A DNA stretch of 64,000 bases from an uncultured Verrucomicrobiota bacterium (GTDB lineage: Bacteria > Verrucomicrobiota > Verrucomicrobiia > Limisphaerales > UBA1319), in the NCBI GenBank assembly GCA_964409245.1, contig CAYPCQ010000010.1:29771-93770 (forward strand), written 5' to 3'. The notes under the pieces were generated by a model. It searched no databases and was not told the DNA's origin. It saw only the letters and a list, made by a program, of their open reading frames with translations. This document shows positions 45,405-55,532 of this stretch, one piece after another. The position numbers and the translations under genes are program-made. How positions within the stretch are numbered: the first letter of the stretch is position 1; the number at the start of each line of letters is the position of its first letter.

Positions 45405-48101
45405 CTACGGGCCATCGAGGCATTGGCGGATGATCCGGCCCAATTCCTGGATGTCGTAGGGCTTGGCCAGGAAAGCGCTGCCTTTGGTGAACCATTTGGC
45501 AAAGGCGGCTTTTTGGCTGTCATAGCCGCTGGAAACGATGACTTTCAAACCGGGCTGGTCGCACCGCAAGCGTTCCGCCAGCTCCAAGCCCGTCATGCCG
45601 CCCGCCAGCACGATGTCGGTGAACAGCAGAGCGATCTGGCCGGGGCACTGCACCCAAAGATCCAGAGCCTCGCTGCCGGAGCCGGCCTCCCACACCTGGT
45701 AGCCCAGCTGGCGCAGGCATTGAGCGGCGATCCGGCGGACGAGGATATCATCCTCCACCAGCAGGATGTTTTCCGTTCCCCGATGCGCCACCTCCACCTC
45801 GTGCGCATCCCCGCTGGAAGCCGCGGGCAGGGAGGCCGCGGGCAGGAAAACGTCGAACCGGCTGCCCTGGCCCACCTGGCTCTGGACCTCCACCCAGCCC
45901 AGGTGCTGGCCGACGATGCCGTGGACCGTGGCCAGCCCCAAACCGGTGCCTTCACTGGTGCCCTTGGTGGTGAAGAACGGCTCGAAAATCCGTTTCAGGA
46001 TCCCCGCCTCCATGCCGCACCCGGTATCCTCCACCGAGAGGCAGGCAAAGTGGCCGACGAGGCGTTCGGGGTGTTTTTCCACGCTGGCCTGATCAAATTC
46101 GAAGAGGCTCGTGGCCACGGTGATCTGCCCCCCTTTGGGCATGGCATCGCGGGCGTTGACCAGGAGGTTCATGACCACCTGCTCCATCATCCCGGCATCG
46201 GCCTTCAGGCGGATGGGGCCGTTGGGGCAGTGGAAATGGACGTCGATGTTTTCCCCGATCAGCCGGCGCAGCATGTGCAGCATGTTCTCGATGACGCCGT
46301 TCAATTCCACCACCTGGATCTCCATGGGGGAGCGCCGGCTGAACAACAGCAGCTGCCGGGTGAGCCGGGCGGCCTGCCGGGCGGCGCCCGCCACCTCGTC
46401 CATGCGCTTGGAAGACTCGGCGTCCAGCTGGGTGTCTTCCTTGAGCAGGCCCAGGTTCATGAGCATCGCCGAGAGGATGTTGTTGAAGTCGTGGGCCACG
46501 CCGCCGGCCAGCTGCCCCACCGCCTCCATTTTTTGGGCCTGGCGCAGCTGGTCTTCCACACGCTTCTTGGAGGTGATATCGGTATCGACAATGAGCAGCG
46601 CCTGGGGGGCGCCCAAATCGCTGCGCATCAAGGTCCACCGGCTTTCCACCAGCACTTTCTCGCGGCCGCGGCTCAGCGCCTGGAACTCCCCGCTCCAGGA
46701 TCCCCGCTCCAGGGCCAGCTCGAGCGCCAGGTTGCTGGCGGGGCTGGAAAGCCCGAGCAAGGCCGGATGATCCTGGCCGGCGGCTTCCGCCTGCGGCCAT
46801 CCGTAAATAGTTTCAGCGCTCTTGTTCCAATATAAAATCCGGCCCGCCACCGTCCGGACACAGATCGCATCCGTGGTGAGGTCCAGCAGGCTGGTTTCGG
46901 CGCGGATCTGCGCGCCCCGCTCCTTCTCGGCGGTGTTATCTTCCTTGATGGCGATGAAATGGGTGACGCGGCCGGATTCGTCGCGCAGCGGGGTGATGGT
47001 AGAAGCTTCGTGGTAAAGGGTGCCATCTTTGCGGCGGTTGGTGATTTCCCCCCGCCAGATGGCGCCCGCCAGGACGGTCTCCCATAACTGGCGGTAGAAA
47101 GCCTCGTCGTGCTGGCCGGATTTCAGCAGCCGCAAGTTCTGGCCCCGCACTTCGTCCAAGGTGTAGCCGGTGAGCTTGGTGAAGGCGGCGTTGGCCCAGA
47201 TGACCAGGCCCGCGTGGTCGGTGATCACCACCGAATTGGCGGAGGCTTCCAGGGCCAGCTGCCGCAGGCGCAATTCCGCCTCGGCGGACTTCCGGCGGGT
47301 GATGTCGGTCCGGACCCCCAGCACCCGCGCCGGCCGGCCGACGGCATCCCACTCCACCGCGCGGCCAGTGGTGTGGATCCAGCGGTAGGCGCCATCAGCG
47401 CCCAGCTGGCGGCTCTCGGTTTCGTATTCGGTGGCCTCCCCGCGCGCGAGCCGGTCGAAAGCCTCGGCCTGCGGCTGGCGGTCCTCGGGGTGCATCCGCT
47501 CCAGCCAGAGGGCGAGGGTTTCCTGGAAAGTGGCGGGTTCGTGCCCCAGGATGCGCGCATATTCGGGCGAAACCTGGCATTCCCCGGTCTGCGGGCTGCA
47601 ATCGAAAATCCCCTGGTGGGCGGCGCCCAGCGCCAGCCGCAGCCGTTCCTCGCTCCGGCGCAGCGCCTCGGCGGCCATTTTCAGATCGGTCACGTCATGG
47701 TCCACCCCGCGGTAGCCGAGCAGGCGGCCGGCCGCGTCCAGGATCGGCTCACCGCTGGTCTCCAGGTGGATGCGGTGGCCGTCTTTGTGGCAGACCTCGT
47801 TGGGGAATTTTTGGAAGGAGCAATGGTGGGTGAAATATTCCCTGGCCGCCCGCCCCATGATCCCCTGGATCTCCGGCGGGAAGAGGTCGTAAAAATGCAG
47901 GCGCCCCACCAGTTCCTCCGGCCGGTAGCCCAGCAACCGCTCTGAGGCGGGGCTGGCATAGGTATAAAGCCCGTCAGTGTCCACCTCCCAAACCCAGTCA
48001 CCCGCGAGTTCGGCGGCCCGGCCGAGCAGGAGGAGGTCGGAGAGGTTGCCGGAAGGTTGATCCACCGAACCTGGAGGGGAGGAATGGGGCTGCGCAGGCA
48101 T
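45405..48101 (-). CDS. Hybrid sensor histidine kinase: multiple PAS domains - HisKA - HATPase_c - receiver
   Basis: Several PAS S-box-like segments; H-box GGVAHDFNNILSAM; G-boxes DTGCGM...GTGLGLATVHGIV; C-terminal receiver ILLVEDDILVRR...LLFTDIVLAGGMTGLEL...KP. Confidence 0.9.
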   Translation of the reverse strand: MPAQPHSSPPGSVDQPSGNLSDLLLLGRAAELAGDWVWEVDTDGLYTYASPASERLLGYRPEELVGRLHFYDLFPPEIQGIMGRAAREYFTHHCSFQKFPNEVCHKDGHRIHLETSGEPILDAAGRLLGYRGVDHDVTDLKMAAEALRRSEERLRLALGAAHQGIFDCSPQTGECQVSPEYARILGHEPATFQETLALWLERMHPEDRQPQAEAFDRLARGEATEYETESRQLGADGAYRWIHTTGRAVEWDAVGRPARVLGVRTDITRRKSAEAELRLRQLALEASANSVVITDHAGLVIWANAAFTKLTGYTLDEVRGQNLRLLKSGQHDEAFYRQLWETVLAGAIWRGEITNRRKDGTLYHEASTITPLRDESGRVTHFIAIKEDNTAEKERGAQIRAETSLLDLTTDAICVRTVAGRILYWNKSAETIYGWPQAEAAGQDHPALLGLSSPASNLALELALERGSWSGEFQALSRGREKVLVESRWTLMRSDLGAPQALLIVDTDITSKKRVEDQLRQAQKMEAVGQLAGGVAHDFNNILSAMLMNLGLLKEDTQLDAESSKRMDEVAGAARQAARLTRQLLLFSRRSPMEIQVVELNGVIENMLHMLRRLIGENIDVHFHCPNGPIRLKADAGMMEQVVMNLLVNARDAMPKGGQITVATSLFEFDQASVEKHPERLVGHFACLSVEDTGCGMEAGILKRIFEPFFTTKGTSEGTGLGLATVHGIVGQHLGWVEVQSQVGQGSRFDVFLPAASLPAASSGDAHEVEVAHRGTENILLVEDDILVRRIAAQCLRQLGYQVWEAGSGSEALDLWVQCPGQIALLFTDIVLAGGMTGLELAERLRCDQPGLKVIVSSGYDSQKAAFAKWFTKGSAFLAKPYDIQELGRIIRQCLDGP

Positions 48102-48104
48102 GGC

Positions 48105-48509
48105 TCAAGCGGGGTTGGGATGGGGCTCAACAAGCGCCTCACGCATGGCGGTCAACAAGGCGGGGATCCGCTCGAAATCCATGCTTTTATCCAGGAAATG
48201 ATCGGCCCCCAGATCCTCGCAGCGACGGCGGAACTCCGCGAAGGCGTAAGTGGTCAGCACGATGATCCCGCAGGCCGGGTAGTCCCGTTTTATGCTCTCC
48301 AGCAATTTCAAACCGTTCAAGCCCGGCAATTCTATGTCCAGCAGCACGGCTTGCGGACGATGCTCGGCGATGAGGCTCAAAGCTTGCAAGCCATCCCTGG
48401 CCTGGGCGGCGATGGCCACGCCTGGCACCTGGGATAGCAGTGCGGCCAGCCGGGTGCGCACGATCTCGGAATCTTCGACAATGATGACCGATATGGCTTT
48501 GGCATTCAT
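48105..48509 (-). CDS. Stand-alone response-regulator receiver protein (no output domain)
   Basis: From the Met at 48509: MNAKAISVIIVEDSEIVR...AVLLDIELPGLNG...IIVLT...FLDKS, the CheY-like receiver pattern. Its stop lies 3 nt before the hybrid kinase start. Confidence 0.85.
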   Translation of the reverse strand: MNAKAISVIIVEDSEIVRTRLAALLSQVPGVAIAAQARDGLQALSLIAEHRPQAVLLDIELPGLNGLKLLESIKRDYPACGIIVLTTYAFAEFRRRCEDLGADHFLDKSMDFERIPALLTAMREALVEPHPNPA

Positions 48510-48788
48510 ATGAGCAAACAAATCAGCACGCCTGGCCACGAACTCCGGCTCCGGAATCCAACTCCGAGCCGCCACCGAAGTAAAATATCATCACGCTGCA
48601 GTCTAGGGTATCGGCACCAATTCTGGAAGAGGAAAAACACCGCGTGGCGGCAGCCTGGTTAAAAGGCGGCCGCGGGCCGGGAGTTTGCCGGACATCCCAT
48701 CCGTAACCCAATCACTCTGGCGCACTTCGCGGCTGGGGCAACAATTTGCGGCGCAAGCCCCCTTCCCGCCCCGATGCAGGGACATGGC

Positions 48789-51545
48789 TCAGGCTGGAGG
48801 ATCCCTTCGCGGAATGGCCAGGCTCACCACCGTACCCCCTTGCGGCCCGGGCCGGATGGCGAACACCCCACCGAGCTGCCGGGCGCGCTCGGTCATCCCC
48901 AGCAAGCCGAGGGAGTGGGGGTTTTCCACCTGTTCGGGCCGGATGCCCTGGCCGTTATCCTCCACCTCCAGGACGAACCGGCCAGGCTCCTCCCGGAACC
49001 GCGCTTCCAGGCCGGTGGCGGCCGCGTGGCGGGCCACGTTGGTCAGGGCCTCCTGGAAAATGCGGAAAATGGCGGTGGCCACCGCGGGCGGCATCAGGGG
49101 CTCGCGCTCCGGGGCGGCCAGCCGGCAGGCCAGGCCCGTGCGCTGCTGGAATTGGTTCATCTCGTAGCCCAGGGCCACCACCAGGCCCAGCTTGTCCAGG
49201 ATGCCGGGCCGCAGCTCCGCGGCGATGCGCTGCACCGCCTTGGTGGTGGCATCCACCAGGCTCGTGGCGGCGGCCACCCTTTCCTGGAGGGGATCGATGG
49301 ACGGCGCCGGGGCCATTTTTCCCAAACCATTACCGATCCAGCGCAAATCCATCTTGAGCCCGGTGAGCATCTGGCCCAGCTCATCGTGGATCTCGCGCGC
49401 GATCCGGGTGCGCTCCTCCTCCCGCAAGGTCTCCAGGCGGGCGGTGAGCCCGCGCAGCTGCTCCTCCGTCTGTTTGCGCCCGGTGATGTCCACACAGATG
49501 CCAACCATGCGCTCAGGCTGGCCGGAGCCGGCCTGGTATATGATTTTGGCCTGGGTATTGACCCAGCGGACGGCGCCACCGGGCCAGACGATGCGGTAGT
49601 CGTCGTGGTATTCGCCGGTGCGCAGGGCGTTTTCAAAGGCTTCCCCCACCCGCGGCAGATCCTCCGGATGCACCCGGGAGCGCCAGTCCGCCAGGGTGTG
49701 GGGAGCGCCGCCGGGCCCCACCCCGAACAAGAGGCAGGCTTCATCGGACCACTGGCCCTGATCGCCGGGGATATCCCATTGGAAGGCTGCCGCCCCGGCG
49801 GCCTGGAGCGCCAGGTGGAGGCGGGCCTGCTCATCCCGCAGCGCGTCCGCCTGGCGCTTGCGTTCCGTCAGATCCCGGACCACGCCAAACATGCGGACCG
49901 GCTGCCCGGCGGAGTTGTAGGTGTAACGGCCCAAGGCGTCCATCCAGCGGACGCGGCCATCGGGCCAGACCACCCGGAACTCGTGGACAAAATCCAGCCG
50001 CTCCGTTTGCGCCCGCATAAGCTCGTGCAGGACGCTGGCGCGATCCTCCGGATGCAGGCGCTGCTCAAAATCGGCCAAGCCGCCGCCGAATTCGGCCAAA
50101 GCCATGCCAAAAAGCCGGGCATGCTGCTCGTTCCAGACGATCCGGCCGGCGGCTACATCCCAATCCCAAGTCCCCAGGGAGGCCGCGTCAAGCGCCAGCT
50201 GCTGGCGTTCCTGGCTGGCCAGGAGGGCCAGCTGGGATTGTCTGGCCTCATCGATATCGGCGATGAAGCCCTCCAGCGCCATCAATCCGCCGGCGGCGGA
50301 GAGCACCGCGAGCCCTTTTTCCCACACCCACTTCAGCTTTCCCGGCGCGGTGCGGATCCGGTATTCGAACTGGAATGGCTGGCCCAGCCGCAGGCAGCGC
50401 TGGATTTCCTCCCAGACCCGCTCCCAGTCATCCGGGTGGATCAGCCCGGCGAAGCTCACCTGGCGGTTGCCGATGAGATCCCCCTCCGGATAACCGGTGA
50501 GCGCCAGGCAGCCGCCGCTGACAAACTCCATGGTGCGATGGCGGTTGTTCTGGCAGCGGTAAACCAGGCCGGGGAGGTTGCCCATGAGCGTCGCCAGGAT
50601 GCGCTGATGGTCCCGCAGCTCCCACTCCGCCCGCGCCCGCTGCTCATCGCTGGAAATCCTGGCCAGGGCAAAGGAAAGGTCCGCCGCCACCTCCGCCAAC
50701 AGCTCCAGCTCGCGCTGCCGGAAAAAGCCGGCCTCGCCGGCGCAGATGCCCAGGACGCCGCAGGCCCGGCCCTGGAAGCGGATGGGCAGCGCGGCGCAGG
50801 AGCGGTAGCCGAACTGCACAGGGGCGGTGTCCGGCGGGTAGAGGCAAGGCTGGCTGCCGCAGTCCTGGCAGATGACAGGGCGGTCCTCCAGGAGGGCCCG
50901 GCCCGGACTGCCGAGGAACCGGGAATTGCCATCGGCGATGAATTCGGCCGTGGCGAGGAAGCCGGCCTCATCGCCGAAGCGGGCGATCGGCTTGATGTGC
51001 CGGGTTTCCTCCTCGAGCCAGCCGATCCAGGCCAGGCTCACCTGGCCCCGCTCCACGAGCAGCCGGCACACGGCGGCCAGCAATTCCCGCCAGGTGGCCG
51101 CGCGCGCGATGGTCTGGTTGACCTGGCTGAGGACATCGTAAAGGCGGTTCAGGCGCCGGATCTCCTCCTCGGTGGCATGTTTGGCGATGGCGATCTCGAT
51201 GGTGGACCGCAGCTCGCGATCATTAAACGGCTTGAGCAGGTAGCCGTAAGGCCCGGCCGCTTTGGCGCGCTCCAAGGTGTCGTCCTCGGAATAGGCCGTC
51301 AGAAAAACCACCGGCACCCGCCAGCGGCGCTGGACTTCCCGCGCGGTGGCGATGCCATCCATCTCCCCTTTGAGATGGATGTCCATCAGGATCAGGTCCG
51401 GGCGCGCGCCGGTGGCCAATTCGAGCGCTTGCTCGCCGGAAGCAACGGGCCCGGCCACCGCATAGCCCAAGCCGGCGAGGCGGTCCTGGATATCCAACGC
51501 CACGATCGCCTCGTCCTCCACCACCAGGATGCTGAATGGCTTCAT
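48789..51545 (-). CDS. Receiver - GAF - PAS(x3) - HisKA_3 - HATPase_c sensor kinase (NarX/NarL-type dimerisation domain)
   Basis: N-terminal receiver MKPFSILVVEDEAIV...LILMDIHL...KP; GAF-like block; three PAS-like blocks; HisKA_3 H-box RIAREIHDELGQMLTGLKMDL; ATPase LEVEDNGQGI...GLLGMTERA. Confidence 0.9.
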   Translation of the reverse strand: MKPFSILVVEDEAIVALDIQDRLAGLGYAVAGPVASGEQALELATGARPDLILMDIHLKGEMDGIATAREVQRRWRVPVVFLTAYSEDDTLERAKAAGPYGYLLKPFNDRELRSTIEIAIAKHATEEEIRRLNRLYDVLSQVNQTIARAATWRELLAAVCRLLVERGQVSLAWIGWLEEETRHIKPIARFGDEAGFLATAEFIADGNSRFLGSPGRALLEDRPVICQDCGSQPCLYPPDTAPVQFGYRSCAALPIRFQGRACGVLGICAGEAGFFRQRELELLAEVAADLSFALARISSDEQRARAEWELRDHQRILATLMGNLPGLVYRCQNNRHRTMEFVSGGCLALTGYPEGDLIGNRQVSFAGLIHPDDWERVWEEIQRCLRLGQPFQFEYRIRTAPGKLKWVWEKGLAVLSAAGGLMALEGFIADIDEARQSQLALLASQERQQLALDAASLGTWDWDVAAGRIVWNEQHARLFGMALAEFGGGLADFEQRLHPEDRASVLHELMRAQTERLDFVHEFRVVWPDGRVRWMDALGRYTYNSAGQPVRMFGVVRDLTERKRQADALRDEQARLHLALQAAGAAAFQWDIPGDQGQWSDEACLLFGVGPGGAPHTLADWRSRVHPEDLPRVGEAFENALRTGEYHDDYRIVWPGGAVRWVNTQAKIIYQAGSGQPERMVGICVDITGRKQTEEQLRGLTARLETLREEERTRIAREIHDELGQMLTGLKMDLRWIGNGLGKMAPAPSIDPLQERVAAATSLVDATTKAVQRIAAELRPGILDKLGLVVALGYEMNQFQQRTGLACRLAAPEREPLMPPAVATAIFRIFQEALTNVARHAAATGLEARFREEPGRFVLEVEDNGQGIRPEQVENPHSLGLLGMTERARQLGGVFAIRPGPQGGTVVSLAIPRRDPPA

Positions 51546-51617
51546 CCCGGTTTCACCCTAAATCACGCTCCCTGGGCATATGCGATTAATTTATATCATC
51601 CGGCGGCCGCCGGGGCC

Positions 51618-51650
51618 ATAAAAAAACCGCCGGCTTGGGGCCGGCGGTTT
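51618..51650 (-). terminator. Rho-independent terminator downstream of the porin gene
   Basis: The minus strand reads aaaccgccggc-cccaa-gccggcggttt followed by TTTTTTT (perfect 11-bp stem, 5-nt loop, T-run), beginning 24 nt after the porin stop. Confidence 0.75.
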
Positions 51651-51673
51651 GCAGGGCAGGGAATAATCCCGAT

Positions 51674-52891
51674 TTAGAATTTATAGATGACGTTGAACGC
51701 CAGGGAAACGGCATCGCGATCCGGATCGCGCGTGGCGTTGCCGCCGAACACGTTCCCGGCTCCCGTCAGCTCGCGGTCCCAGCGCAGTTCCGCCCGGGTG
51801 ATCACGTTCTGCCAGAGCTTGTAATCGACGGTGAAGGCATCCCCGAAGAATTCCTCCTTCGGGAGCGCGGTGCCCCAGGTGCCGCCCGAGCCGGTGGCAT
51901 ACTCGACGCGATTGGCCAGGGTGATCTTGGGCGTCAGCTCATAAATGGTGTAGAAGCCCGCAGCGGAAGCGTGTTTCGCATCCAGGTCGGGAGTCGCGAT
52001 GTCGTAGCCGTTGGAGAAACGATAATCGTAAGCGGCGCCAAAGGTGAAGCCCTTGAGCGGCGTGGGCACATTCAAGCCGCCATACAGATTGACGACGTCC
52101 TGCGCCGCGCCACCGGCCCCGGTGGCGGGATTATAGGCCGGAAGCCCGCTCACCACGCCGAAATTCAGGGTGGTGCCCTTGAAGCCGCCGAAGCTTTCCG
52201 GGGCTTTCAAGGTGATCAAGCCCAGCATGGTCTTTTCCGCTTCGGAGGCGGGCTGGTAGCCGCTGAGATTCAGGTGCCCGGGCCGGGCATTGATGATGGG
52301 GGAGTAGCTATTGGCCACGCCGAACGAGGTGTCCAGCCAATCCGTCCAGGAATAGGAGGTCAGGACGCCCGTGTGCGACAGCGGCTCGATATAGTAGCCG
52401 TAAGAGCGGCTGAAATTCGGATTCGATCCGGCATCGAACACCTCATACCCGACGCAGGTGTCGAACACGCCCATCTGCACCTTCAATCCGCGGCCCAGCG
52501 GCACCCGCAGCGACACGAAGGCCTGCTTGATGGCGAAATCCGTCGTGCTGTCGAACCAGGAGTTGCTATACAGATAAGCATCCGGCCCGTAGAGGAAGTC
52601 CACCTGGTAGCCCGCGCCCCAGTTGGCTTCGCTCACTGGCTTGCTCAACGACAGCTTGATGGCATCGAGGTTGAATCCGTCCTGTTTATTGGAGCCATCA
52701 TTGGAACGGCCGGGCAGCAGGGCATTGCCGGTCCCGAATTTCCAGATGGCTGACGTATCGACGTAGCCGCTCAACGTGGTGGATGACACGGCGGTCAGCA
52801 CCTGGTTGGTGGCTTCCTCCGCCATCAGCACCGAACTGTAACTTACTATGCCGGCCCCAAGCAGGACCCTTGTCCAACGATTTAACTTCAT
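51674..52891 (-). CDS. Outer-membrane beta-barrel porin (OmpL/BBP2-like)
   Basis: Signal peptide MKLNRWTRVLLGAGIVSYSSVLMA. Alternating beta-strand pattern ...LSGYVDTSAIWKFG...YQVDFLYGPDA.... C-terminal aromatic residue ...AFNVIYKF. Start at the Met at 52891. Confidence 0.7.
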   Translation of the reverse strand: MKLNRWTRVLLGAGIVSYSSVLMAEEATNQVLTAVSSTTLSGYVDTSAIWKFGTGNALLPGRSNDGSNKQDGFNLDAIKLSLSKPVSEANWGAGYQVDFLYGPDAYLYSNSWFDSTTDFAIKQAFVSLRVPLGRGLKVQMGVFDTCVGYEVFDAGSNPNFSRSYGYYIEPLSHTGVLTSYSWTDWLDTSFGVANSYSPIINARPGHLNLSGYQPASEAEKTMLGLITLKAPESFGGFKGTTLNFGVVSGLPAYNPATGAGGAAQDVVNLYGGLNVPTPLKGFTFGAAYDYRFSNGYDIATPDLDAKHASAAGFYTIYELTPKITLANRVEYATGSGGTWGTALPKEEFFGDAFTVDYKLWQNVITRAELRWDRELTGAGNVFGGNATRDPDRDAVSLAFNVIYKF

Positions 52892-53377
52892 AATTAGCAT
52901 TCCTTCACATCTGCACATTGCCGCCAACTCGTGCCGGAATTTTCCTCAAGGATTCCAGCAACCGGGTTTTCGGGAGCACATATTATTGCCGCCCAACCGC
53001 TTGGCAAGCCTGTTTTAAAAAAACTGCCGCCTGGCAGGGTGGCCGCCCCCGGCCTCCGTGCCACCAGTCCAAGCAGCTTCAATGCCAAGCCCGGAAATCT
53101 CCAGCTTGATTGATGCAACATGCTCAATACCAATTAGATATGTTTGTCATTTCGCCGCCAATCCGGAATCATCAAGTGTGCGCATTCAGACACCCTGCAG
53201 ATTTTTGCACAACCGGCTTCAATGGGAATAGAACATCTTATGCCAGACGCCCCCCCCGGCCTGGCACGGATTTCCGCCACCCGGCTGCCAGTGAGAATAC
53301 CCAACCGGCGGCCTCAAGGTCATCCTCGGCGGGATCTCCAAGTGATATGTGCCACCCGGCTTAAAACGGAGAAAGCG

Positions 53378-53403
53378 GGCCAGGCCATCGGATTGGCCTG
53401 GCC
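53378..53403 (-). terminator. Candidate terminator hairpin after the beta-helix gene
   Basis: Perfect 10-bp inverted repeat ggccaggcca/tggcctggcc with a 6-nt loop, 33 nt downstream of the stop at 53436. The following minus-strand tract gctttctccgtttta is only moderately T-rich. Confidence 0.35.
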
Positions 53404-53435
53404 CGCCAGCATGAACCATGAGGGAAAATCCAGGT

Positions 53436-54605
53436 TTATGGGCTCACGTGGTCGGCGTGATGCCGGGTGCCCTGCGCCTCGGCCGCGATGGAAACGGCGG
53501 TGTTCACGGCGCTGAAGCGGTTGGCATTGAGCTTGGCGCCAAGGGGGGCGGCGCCCTGCCATTCGCGCAGGTGGATGCCGATATCCAGCTTGCTGAAATG
53601 GTTGTTGATCACTTTGGCGCCGGTGATGCGGCCGATGATTTGCACCCCTTTGCTGCTTTCACCCTTGTTGACGCCTTTGAACAGATTGCCTTGGATGGCG
53701 GCGAAGACGATGTCGCCCTCCATCCCGCCGCCCGCGCCATTCCACAAGCTGACACCACGGCGCCAGCTCTGCATATTATAGAAGGTGTTATGCATGATCT
53801 GCACGTGGGTGAACCGCCCGCCCCCCAGGCTCTCTGAGTAAGGCGCGTGCCGGAATGCCCCGGCGAAGGTGATGCCCGAGGCCCAGTGGGCCTGGTCGAA
53901 AGGCGCGCCGGTGCCGAGGTTGATGTTATTGCTGTTGCGCTTTTGCAGGCTGGGGATGTCCAGGTTGCCATAGGTCATGGTGAAAATGGCGTCGGAGCCA
54001 AACACCCCGGCATCCAGGTCGTTGAAGCTGATGTCAGTAGGGCCGGGGTGCCGTTCAATGAGAATCGGGTTAGAACCAGTCTCGGATATCTCATTTTTCA
54101 GAACGAACAAACTGCCCCGGCCCTCAAAGGCGTAAATGCCATAATCGCCAATATCCCCGGGATCACTGGAGCCGAGGATCCGGTTGCGGGCCACCAGGAA
54201 AGTGCTGGCTGCCACCGGGCTGCTGACATACAAAGCCACCTTCACCCCACCCACGGAATTGGCGTGGCGCAGGGTGAAACCTGTGAATGCCACGCTGCCC
54301 GGGGCGGTGATGCGCACCAGCCCGATCAGCTCCAGCGAGTCGTCGTCGCCACCGCCGTCGATGATGGTGTTGCTGGCATCCTGGCCCACCACGCAGATGG
54401 CTTTGTCGATGACCAATTGTTTTTCGTGGTAAAGGCCGGGCGCCACCTGCACCACATCACCGGTCTGGGCCGCCGCAATGGCGGCCTGGATGGTATCGTA
54501 ATCCGCCGGCACCGCGATGACCGCCGCCCGGGCGGTGGCGGAGGCGCCCAGGATCATTAAAGAAGCCAGCCCGCAGGCCAGCGCATTCATGGTTGATTTT
54601 TTCAT
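53436..54605 (-). CDS. Secreted right-handed parallel beta-helix repeat protein (NosD/pectate-lyase fold)
   Basis: Signal peptide MKKSTMNALACGLASLMILGASATARA. ...VPADYDTIQAAIAAAQTGDVVQVAPGLYHE... then repeated G..I/N.. turns typical of PbH1 repeats. Start at the Met at 54605. Confidence 0.75.
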   Translation of the reverse strand: MKKSTMNALACGLASLMILGASATARAAVIAVPADYDTIQAAIAAAQTGDVVQVAPGLYHEKQLVIDKAICVVGQDASNTIIDGGGDDDSLELIGLVRITAPGSVAFTGFTLRHANSVGGVKVALYVSSPVAASTFLVARNRILGSSDPGDIGDYGIYAFEGRGSLFVLKNEISETGSNPILIERHPGPTDISFNDLDAGVFGSDAIFTMTYGNLDIPSLQKRNSNNINLGTGAPFDQAHWASGITFAGAFRHAPYSESLGGGRFTHVQIMHNTFYNMQSWRRGVSLWNGAGGGMEGDIVFAAIQGNLFKGVNKGESSKGVQIIGRITGAKVINNHFSKLDIGIHLREWQGAAPLGAKLNANRFSAVNTAVSIAAEAQGTRHHADHVSP

Positions 54606-55234
54606 TTTCAAGTATCTTCGTTGAACGGCTTTGCATCCTCCATGGAAGGCGGAGCTTCCCAACGACTGTTGCGCTGGCCTGGGTGGCGAACCAGCCCGCT
54701 TTGCGCCAGGGCAATCACGCCGGAATCCTCGATCCATGGTAATGGCCAAAGCCAAGGTTGTTGTGACATCAAACCGCACCGCCCCCACCTGGAGCCTGCC
54801 TGGCCAGAAGCTCCCCTTCCTGGGTGAGGCAGGCGGACCGCGCGGCGCCGGGTGCGGCGGCGCGATCCGCCCCACCCTCCAGGTGGTCACCTGGCCACCC
54901 TTTTCGGACCGGCGTTTCTCATCCGGCGGAACCCCGCCACGCTAATAACCGCGGCCCACTTTATTCCTAAACCTCCGGGCGGTCCCCATTACTTTTCTGT
55001 GCCAACGATTCCAACAGCAATTCCAGTGCCACCTGGGGCCGCCCATTCGCAACCAATTCCCAGGCAAAGAGTTTCAATAAATCTCCAGGCGGGCACACGA
55101 TCCGCATTCAGCCCTTTCTGGGGCCATCAACCCAATCGGGCGGAACCACGAAAGGCCGGGCTGGGGAATTGCACCCAACTCATGGGGGGAAGCGGCTCCA
55201 GAATCGATCACCCACAGAAAACCACATAGTACAT

Positions 55235-55250
55235 TGTATATTATTATACA
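55235..55250. promoter_or_regulatory. AT-only 16-bp palindrome (TGTATA-TTAT-TATACA) in an AT island upstream of the C10 peptidase gene
   Basis: tgtatattattataca is a perfect 6+6 inverted repeat. It sits in a ~50-bp AT-rich patch (55225-55275) within a 927-bp non-coding gap of an otherwise GC-rich window. Confidence 0.35.
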
Positions 55251-55532
55251 TTCAGTTTGTATAGATTGCAGGAATGGGCATCTCTTGCCCCCGCGGGTGC
55301 GGGCAGGGGCCCGGAGCCGGCCGCCAGCCACCCCCATCCGCAACAACGTATCCGGAAAAACCGGGGCTTCGCCAAACGGGCATTCCGGGCATTCCGGCTT
55401 TGACGCCGCCCGCCCGCCTGCTATAAAGGCGGCCTTGGCCAGCCGCCAAACCACAAACCAAAGCGGATAAAAAAACTCAAGAAACCACTCCCGGCTGCCG
55501 ATAAGGAACCAGGAGCAGACGGAAAAGGCACG

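Noticed and set aside
48774-51677. 967-aa plus-strand ORF antisense to the REC-GAF-PAS kinase (and 45423-46835 antisense to the hybrid kinase)
   Set aside because: The minus strand encodes H-box, G-box and receiver motifs in the proper order. The plus-strand product is compositionally biased with no motifs.
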